Assembly: GCA_012295275.1 (NCBI GenBank)
Contig: CM022676.1
Span: 1,984,001 to 2,048,000 of the forward strand
From: Chrysomallon squamiferum
Lineage: Eukaryota > Animalia > Mollusca
Reading direction: 5' to 3'
Length of the DNA: 64,000 nt
Shown in pieces: positions 56,951 to 64,000 of this stretch; position 1 is the first letter of the stretch, and each line of letters starts with the position of its first letter. The notes under the pieces are model-generated. The model ran no database searches, had not been told where the DNA came from, and saw nothing but the letters and a program-made list of their open reading frames with translations. Both the position numbers and the translations under genes were made by a program.

Positions 56951-57261
56951 GTAATAACAATTATCATAATAATAACAGTAATCCTACTACTGCTACAACT
57001 AAAACTACTACTATAACTTAAACTTTGTATAACTGAATTTGGAATCAAACAGTACAACTGACTTACAATTTTAAAGAAGTTTTGTTTAATGGCCTCACTG
57101 TCAGGGCGTCACGTAAATAAATCTTTCTTTCAGACTTGTTTTCTTTTAAATAACGAAGGAAAACGAAATTTATAAGAAATAACGTTATTGGTTTTATTAA
57201 TAAACATCTAGAAATCATGTCACAGTACAAAATACAGGTATTAATCAATCGTAATAAAATA

Positions 57262-57820
57262 TATCAGTGTTTACCTGCAGTATTCGATTCTGAAATTACT
57301 TCCTTATTCACGACTGACCCACTTTCTGTTTCAGGTGAGATATTTATAAACAGTAACTAAATAAATCTCAGTTGGATGATTATGAAGAATAACAAACATA
57401 TTCTTGATATATATATATAAATGTAATAAAAATAACGTGCGTGTGTGTGTGTGTTTGTTTTGTGTATTTGTGTATGTGTACGAGAGTTTTTCTGTGTTAA
57501 TGTGTGTGCGCGTGTGAATATGAGTGTTACATGCTGATAAATTCCATTCCAGATCCCACTAATATTTATGACAATATCGGAATTTCCACATTACTAACAT
57601 TATTTAATTAAATTAATACAACATATCAGTATTTAAACCTACCTGTATCGTTCTGTCGCTAGTATTTCACAACTGAAACTACTTCCTTGTACACGAGTGA
57701 CTTTCCGAGAAATCAGAACAGTAAAACCTAGTTTCTGTTTCAGTTGAAATATTTGTAAACAATAACTTAACAGTTATCAGTGAAATATTTATGAATAATA
57801 AGAAAACATATTCCTTAGAA
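57262..57820 (-). promoter_or_regulatory. Duplicated candidate non-coding first exons/promoters of the BTB gene
   Basis: Two diverged direct copies (57262-57410 and 57622-57820), each ending in a minus-strand donor (CAG|GTAAAC at 57275, CAG|GTAGGT at 57643) and each carrying ACTTCCT and TTTCTGTTTC. Confidence 0.5.
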
Positions 57821-58051
57821 ATAAAAATATAATAGAATAATAAATTATAATATTGGATATATCTAATAATTAATTATCTAGTGGACTATTTCACCTAAAT
57901 GACCTTTCACCTGGTTCATTTCAGGAGAGATAACTCTGGAGAAATACTTCAATAAAGAGTATCGTTTACCAAATTATTTTTCACTGGCGACAATGTTAAA
58001 GTGTTTGAATAAACAGAGTACAATTCATGAGTGCTACCAAAAACAATTTAA

Positions 58052-58210
58052 TCGTAATATTTATTTAACAGAGTTCGGTCGTAATGTTTATTTAACACAG
58101 TTTTGTCGTAATGTTTATTTAACACAGTTTAGTCGTAATGTTTATTTAACACAGTTTTGTCGTAATGTTTATTTAACACAGTTTAGTCGTAATGTTTATT
58201 TATAACAGTT
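58052..58210. repeat. 27-bp minisatellite
   Basis: About 6 copies of TCGTAATGTTTATTTAACACAGTTT(AG/TG). Confidence 0.9.
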
Positions 58211-58409
58211 TATTAGTTATGATTATTTCTGGCTTTTCTTCCGTAAACTGTCAATTTCAATTTTATTTTGATAAATATAAGCGATTTTTAACACCAGCTG
58301 CTTGATTAATATTTAATGAAGAATGATTCAATTTTATTAAAACCTGTAAATTTACTAAGCGTAATTTTGTATACCTTTTTAACATCAGCATCATTAATCT
58401 TTGGCTCAA

Positions 58410-58444
<35 letters not shown>

Positions 58445-59519
58445 AAGAAAGAAAAAAAAAGTTCTTAACACAAACAGAATGAAAATCCAGGCCGGACGTT
58501 TCTGCTACTCGAGCAATTCACAATTCTACGGATAAAGATCAATTTTGTGTTTGTCTTTTTTTTTTTTCCCATGGTAATTACGTTCTAGAGCTTCATGTTA
58601 CGACTCCTTGGTAAACAGCTAACAATACTGTGAATTGAAAAGTTTACAAAGATAATCTTATCTTTAAACTAATAAACTACTGATAAAGTCCTTTGTCTTT
58701 TTGAATATCACTGAGAGTAGTCTAATCTGTGCATGTGTCACGTGACACATCGTCAAATGTTCACTGTTTGTCTGGAAATCTTATGATTTGACAGCGTTCG
58801 TAATTTTACTGGTTTTAACTGATAATTAGAGAAATTATTTAATTAAAACAGAAACTGATCTGTCAAAGTCACCATTAGTCCTGTGGTAATACTATATTTT
58901 ATAACTACACTTCATAATAATAATGTTCTACCCTGAACATTATGTGCCATTACTTTTTGTTCATTAGGAGATAGGTATTATTTAATTAATTAATTTGATA
59001 TAACATTAGCTTATATACAATTTTATGAACTTCATACAGGTACCTTGCTGTTTTTAGAAGGATATAAGAAGTGAATGACTTTCATCACGGTATTTGTCTC
59101 AGGAAACCTTGAATCTGTAGAGCAAAAATGACTGAAATTTTCGCAAGTTAAGACTGGTATGACTTCGTAATTTTCAAGTTATTGTCGTAAGTATGACATC
59201 ACTTTATTATCTTTTCCATATTGTTTACAGCGAATTATTTTTGTTTTTAGTGTGGGGTCTTTGTGTGTGTGTGTGTGTGTGTGGGTGTGTGTGTGTCTGT
59301 GTGTTTGTCTGTGTGTGTTTATTACTTTTATTATTATTATTATTTGTTTTGAAAATTACTTTGTTGGTATTAAAATAGAACTATTCTTTGTATGTAAAGG
59401 TGAAAACAATAAAAACCAATATAATAATAACAACAACAACAACAACAATAACAATAATAAACAATTATAGTAGTAGTAGCAGTAGAAGTAGTAGTAATAG
59501 TACAGTAATAGTAGTAGCA

Positions 59520-59568
<49 letters not shown>

Positions 59569-59811
59569 AATGCATTTTTATTGCTTATTATTATTTCATA
59601 GTATAACAGGTGTATTGTCATATCATAGTATAATAGTGTTTATTATTATATCATAGTATAATACTGTTTATTGGTATATCATATATAATAGTATATATTA
59701 TTGAATCATATGATGATAATGTTTATTATTTTATGGTATTATTTGATGAACTTAGTCATTTATGTCTTGTCCCAAGTTCAGCAGACAAGTTAAATATTTC
59801 AGTTTTTTTAA

Positions 59812-60846
59812 TAACAAGAATTTTAATCCATGTATTATCCTCGTTTCACTCGTTCTGTCTGATTTCAGTCACTAGAGAAAAAACAAACACAATCTCCTAC
59901 ACTGACAACTTGTTTTATACTAGAACCCTGGAATTTCGTCATTCCTTTTATTTTAACACTCAGGCAGTAAGTTCTGTCTTTGATTATCTGAACGGGTGTC
60001 GAGAAATCAACATCGTACACGTCATCATTAGCTACCACGGTCTCCGACAGCCATGACCCAGGGACAGTTTCATCCGTGACCACATCACAAACAGAAACGG
60101 TTATCTCATGATTCACTGATCTTTCAGTCGACATGGCTCTTGTAAGTAGTGGTGTCTTCTGAGGTGCTGCGTATAACTGTATGCCTTGCAGAGCAGCGCT
60201 CGTATTAATGCTAAACTGAATTTCTTCAGCAGACCTGCCGTGATGTTGAAACACGTGAATATCTTTCGTCTCAAATCGTTTAATTGTCACCAGCGATTTC
60301 TTCTTTCTATTTACTCTGAAATGTGATTTAAAAGGCTCAACATCTTCGTCAGGAAAGAGAAAGTAACTCAACAGTTTAACATTTTCTGATTCCGTCAGTA
60401 GATCGGAAAACATTTTCTCATCGAAAAACTCTGGATCTATCAAACGAAAGCGAATCTGGTAGAGCGCATCCCCGAGTGACATTTGTCTGTTTTCTCGAGT
60501 TATCTCCCTGCCGTTCCCTTTGAACTGTTCCTCACTCCAGATCACGGCCGCTTTGAAAATTACCTCTTCACTCGCATTCAGCTGGTCTGACTCGATGAGT
60601 TTACAAACTCGGACACAGATAACTAAAACTTTCAGATTTCAGCGCCTCTTCTCCGTTTTGCCAAATGCACGTAAGAGATCTTTCAATCATGTCACGGTCG
60701 TCATAGAGATGAACTTTCTCCAGAACGAGACATGCGTCAGATGACGTCATCGACATTTTTCTTCACGGCTGACGATCTCATACTTCTTTGACGTATACAA
60801 CAATCCGGAGACGTCTCTAATATCCACACAGTCAGTACAGAGATAC
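59812..60846 (-). pseudogene. BTB-BACK-PHR pseudogene copy 4 (exon 2 relic including PHR domain)
   Basis: Intact acceptor TTACAG|, then YLCTDCVDIRDVSGLLYTSKKYEI, a deletion and stop, the same CPSL* frameshift, a 226-codon open BACK-PHR stretch (59865-60545) and an out-of-frame HGLKFL end. Exon 1 is replaced by the Academ fragment. Confidence 0.88.
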
Positions 60847-61037
60847 CTGTAACAAATTACTAATTTAGAAAATCTATAACATCTACAACTGTTATAAATA
60901 AATAGACAAAAAAGAATAAAATATAAAAGAACAAGAAAATAACCAAACATTTTTAAACAACTATCTCAGAATTTATATGAATAAATATGTGTTCGGTATA
61001 TCTGTGAATATGTATACATGCATGTGAGTATGAGTGG

Positions 61038-61113
<76 letters not shown>

Positions 61114-61120
61114 CTCCATG

Positions 61121-63432
61121 TAGTCCGGTTGCCAAACCCCAGATACAGTCCGTACAAAGTTTGTTTGCTGTTTCTATACCTCCGAGATGTGCTCTTTAAG
61201 AATCTGAATGATGCCACTCTGTCATCCTTGGGCAATCCGCACAATATGCAAAACAAGGCCGCCATTACTGAAAATCTTGTTTTCGTCAATATCTCAGTAA
61301 CTATGCATGGTATCTTTCCACATGTTTTGAGGGGTATAGAATCAGATTAAGCCTTTTCAGTCAAGATCACACCAATATTTTGTGCTGAATAGGCATATTA
61401 AGGCCGCCATTAATGAAAATCTCGTTTTCGTCAATATCTCAGTAACTGCACATGGTCTCAAAATAATTTTGGAGTCTATACAAAAGTTTTTAGGGATAAA
61501 GAATCAGATTAAACCGTTACCGTATTGATCACACCAATATTTTCTGCAAAATATGCCCGCCATTTAGACATCGAGTTCTTTAAGTGTGTTGCCAGAAGCA
61601 CGAATCCTATCGAGTTCGGTGGCTTCAACACCAAGTTGTGTAGAGAGCAAGGGCAGAGTGTGAAACCAGCGACAAAGCAGTGTATATGCATTGACTGATA
61701 TGAATCCAGCCGACCCGGACTCCATGCTCACAGCCATGAGCGAGGCTCAACGTCTAACGAAGGAATGTGGAGAGGACATTGCTATTCTGACAACTGATCA
61801 GCAGCTCTATAGAGTTGCAGTCAATGTGAAATGGGTTTACCCAGAGGATTTCATACCAAGGCCCAGGGGCATGCACATGCTCATGAGTTTTATTGGCTGT
61901 GTTGGCATATTGAAGGCAGACAGTGGACTTGAGGATATCATGAAATCGTGTTTTGGAGGTGTGGCACACATGCTGTCGGGGAAGAAGTTCCCACAGAACT
62001 TTAGAGCCCTTCGGTTAGTGACAGAAGAACTGCTGCGTCCACATCTGGAAGGATGCGAAAGTCACGAGGAGATGCTTGGAGCGCTTGAAAGCATCTCCTT
62101 AAGAAGCATCACAACTCAGAACCTGATAAAACCTGTCTTCGTCATGATGGTCTTCGTGCGGGCGGAACGAGAGGCAGACTGGCCACTCCACCTCTGGGCA
62201 GTAGAGCAAATGATACCATACTTTTTTGCGTCTGCTCACTTCAACTGCGCGAGATACGGGTTATACTACCTGAGTACAATGAAGCGTCTCCCACCTGAAG
62301 TGCTTCAGAGCTTCATGAGAGGTGAACACACCATGCGTCACAAGCCGGGACTGTGGAACGGGATCTGGTCCGACATGTGGATAGAGACAACCTTCATGCG
62401 TTATGGGCATGGTCCAAATGGAATCATAGGCATAACCCTGAAGCCCGAAACCCTAAAACGATGGGCATACAGTATGCACACCTGCAGCATGATCATTCAA
62501 GATATCGCGGACATGTCCGATGACAGTGAAGAGAGGGAGGTTTCGAGTCATAAAGAAGAGAAGTCATCACGCATCTCTTCGGATTCCAAGGACAGGGACA
62601 AGATACGAGATAAACTTCTGACTTGCATCGATCCCCTGGATCCAACTGGTCATCCCGCTGGTTTGGTCAATCTCGTTACTGGTCGGATTGCAGCTGAAAC
62701 GGTGAATGCACATGACGCAGTGGATATTGGGAACGGTCAACTTGTGTCATTTGAAAATACCTGGCCTGGCGGATTTAATGCATCCTTATCCAAGTTGGTT
62801 GTGACCATGGCAGTGAAGAGAAAGGCAATAAGGGTTGGGAACAATAACGTGTATGACACGAATCTCATTTACTCGCGGGTACTAGGGTTGCAACAGTCTC
62901 GAGACATTGATATCAAAACTGTCCTTGCGCATGAACTGTCACCCGTGCCTACCTCAATGTTTGATGATGAAGGCAAAATGAGAATCGCAAATACGAAATC
63001 AACGCTGAAGAAGAATCTGCAGGTGACTGTGTCCCAGCGTTTGGTTGCGAAATCACAGGTAGAAATACTGGATGGATGTGTTATCCTTTGGGTTATAAAC
63101 TGGCCTAATCGAGGAACTGTGGCAGATTTTGACAACGGCTTAACGAGGAATGTGATGAAAAGGGTGGCAAGCCAGGACACAAACCTGATGTTTGATCGCT
63201 ACGTCAACTTCAGCATTAAAAGTGGAACGCGGGCAGCTCGAGCTGGTGACGACGCGAGCCGACGACACAAACTGCAGTTACATACTCCATTGCCACCCCA
63301 GAACGTTGTCCTTACAGTAACTGAGAATATGGTACACGTCATAGATCTGATATGTCAGAATTTGATCCAGAAAGCACAGGACGAGCAGAATTAACACAGT
63401 CTGGTCATTACCTCTACTGACTCTGTAAGGGA
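61121..63432 (+). mobile_element. Academ-type (AcademX-like) DNA transposon, internally deleted and 3'-truncated
   Basis: Begins TAGTCCGGTTGCCAAACCC (TAG terminus), has subterminal direct repeats (~61254-61385 and ~61399-61545), is GC-rich and intronless, and ends abruptly where host tandem-unit sequence (ATACAAGCGTTATGACAAC) resumes. Confidence 0.75.
61691..63394 (+). CDS. Academ-like transposase fragment (DDE-type core plus start of XPG/PIN-like nuclease), 567 codons, truncated at both ends
   Basis: Motifs TDQQLY, (G)GMHMLMSFIGC, READWPLHL...PYFFASAHFNCARY, WSDMWIETT, HELSPVPTSMF...G.MR...KS.L, ILDG...W and FDRY...SIKSGTR. There is no true N-terminus. Confidence 0.75.
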   Translation: MTDMNPADPDSMLTAMSEAQRLTKECGEDIAILTTDQQLYRVAVNVKWVYPEDFIPRPRGMHMLMSFIGCVGILKADSGLEDIMKSCFGGVAHMLSGKKFPQNFRALRLVTEELLRPHLEGCESHEEMLGALESISLRSITTQNLIKPVFVMMVFVRAEREADWPLHLWAVEQMIPYFFASAHFNCARYGLYYLSTMKRLPPEVLQSFMRGEHTMRHKPGLWNGIWSDMWIETTFMRYGHGPNGIIGITLKPETLKRWAYSMHTCSMIIQDIADMSDDSEEREVSSHKEEKSSRISSDSKDRDKIRDKLLTCIDPLDPTGHPAGLVNLVTGRIAAETVNAHDAVDIGNGQLVSFENTWPGGFNASLSKLVVTMAVKRKAIRVGNNNVYDTNLIYSRVLGLQQSRDIDIKTVLAHELSPVPTSMFDDEGKMRIANTKSTLKKNLQVTVSQRLVAKSQVEILDGCVILWVINWPNRGTVADFDNGLTRNVMKRVASQDTNLMFDRYVNFSIKSGTRAARAGDDASRRHKLQLHTPLPPQNVVLTVTENMVHVIDLICQNLIQKAQDEQN

Positions 63433-63434
63433 AC

Positions 63435-64000
63435 ATACAAGCGTTATGACAACAATCATACTTATATATGTCTCCTGAATAGATGAACAGAATAATCGTA
63501 ATTATTTATATTCCATTTAGATGAAGAGAATCGACATTACTTGCCTCTTCCAAACTGATGATAAGAATAATCGTAGTTATTGATGTGTTTCAATTAAATG
63601 ATGGAAATAATCGTAATTATTATTTTCCTAAAGAGGTGAAGAGAATAATCGTAATTATTTATATTCCACTTAGATGAAGAAAATCGTAACTACCTACGTC
63701 TTCCGGACTCATGATGAGAAGGATCGTAGTTATTTACGTATTTCAACTAGACGATGAGAAAAGTGATCGTCATTACTATATTTTCCAAACTGATGATGAG
63801 AATAGTCGTGTTATTGATGTTTGAACCAGATGAAGAAAATAATCGTAATTACTCACGTCTTCTAACAACAAATTGTTCGGTGTGGGGATGAGGTTTGTGT
63901 TAGGAGAAAGTTTGATGTTTATTCATCAACGTGTGTATTTATATATATATAAATATAAACGTTCAAACGTTATATATATATATTATATATATATATATAT
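63435..64000. repeat. Further partial copy of the 2.57 kb tandem unit (upstream part), with extra ~37-bp sub-repeats
   Basis: Matches 47945-48330 and 53116-53510. The GATGAAGAGAATCGTAATTA-type sub-repeat array is longer here. Confidence 0.9.

Overview
AT-rich, microsatellite-saturated animal genomic DNA with spliceosomal GT-AG introns. It is probably lophotrochozoan/molluscan, inferred from the repeat landscape and a Nin-type SINE relic. Nearly all ORFs in the supplied track are microsatellite artefacts, so the real genes were assembled by hand from splice sites and codon phase. From left to right: (1) a two-exon chondroitin sulfate synthase (CHSY)-like gene on the minus strand that stops before the C-terminal GT7 domain; (2) an immunoglobulin-superfamily cluster with two small plus-strand genes encoding secreted single-Ig proteins (about 128 and 150 aa), converging on an 11-exon minus-strand gene encoding signal peptide + 3 Ig + FN3 + GPI signal (Klingon/Wrapper/lachesin-like); (3) a BTB-BACK-PHR (BTBD3/6-like) array with one intact gene, three near-identical ~2.57 kb tandem pseudogene units and a fourth pseudogene copy interrupted by an Academ-type transposon fragment. 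Also present: a deleted MULE with TSD, a hAT-like MITE, Tigger/pogo ends, SINE relics and several minisatellites. The best lead is the receptor-plus-soluble-Ig cluster: all three genes share exon phasing, and a duplicated splice acceptor in the receptor gene would yield a further soluble two-Ig isoform. Nothing here proves a new system. All gene models are manual and unverified by transcripts.
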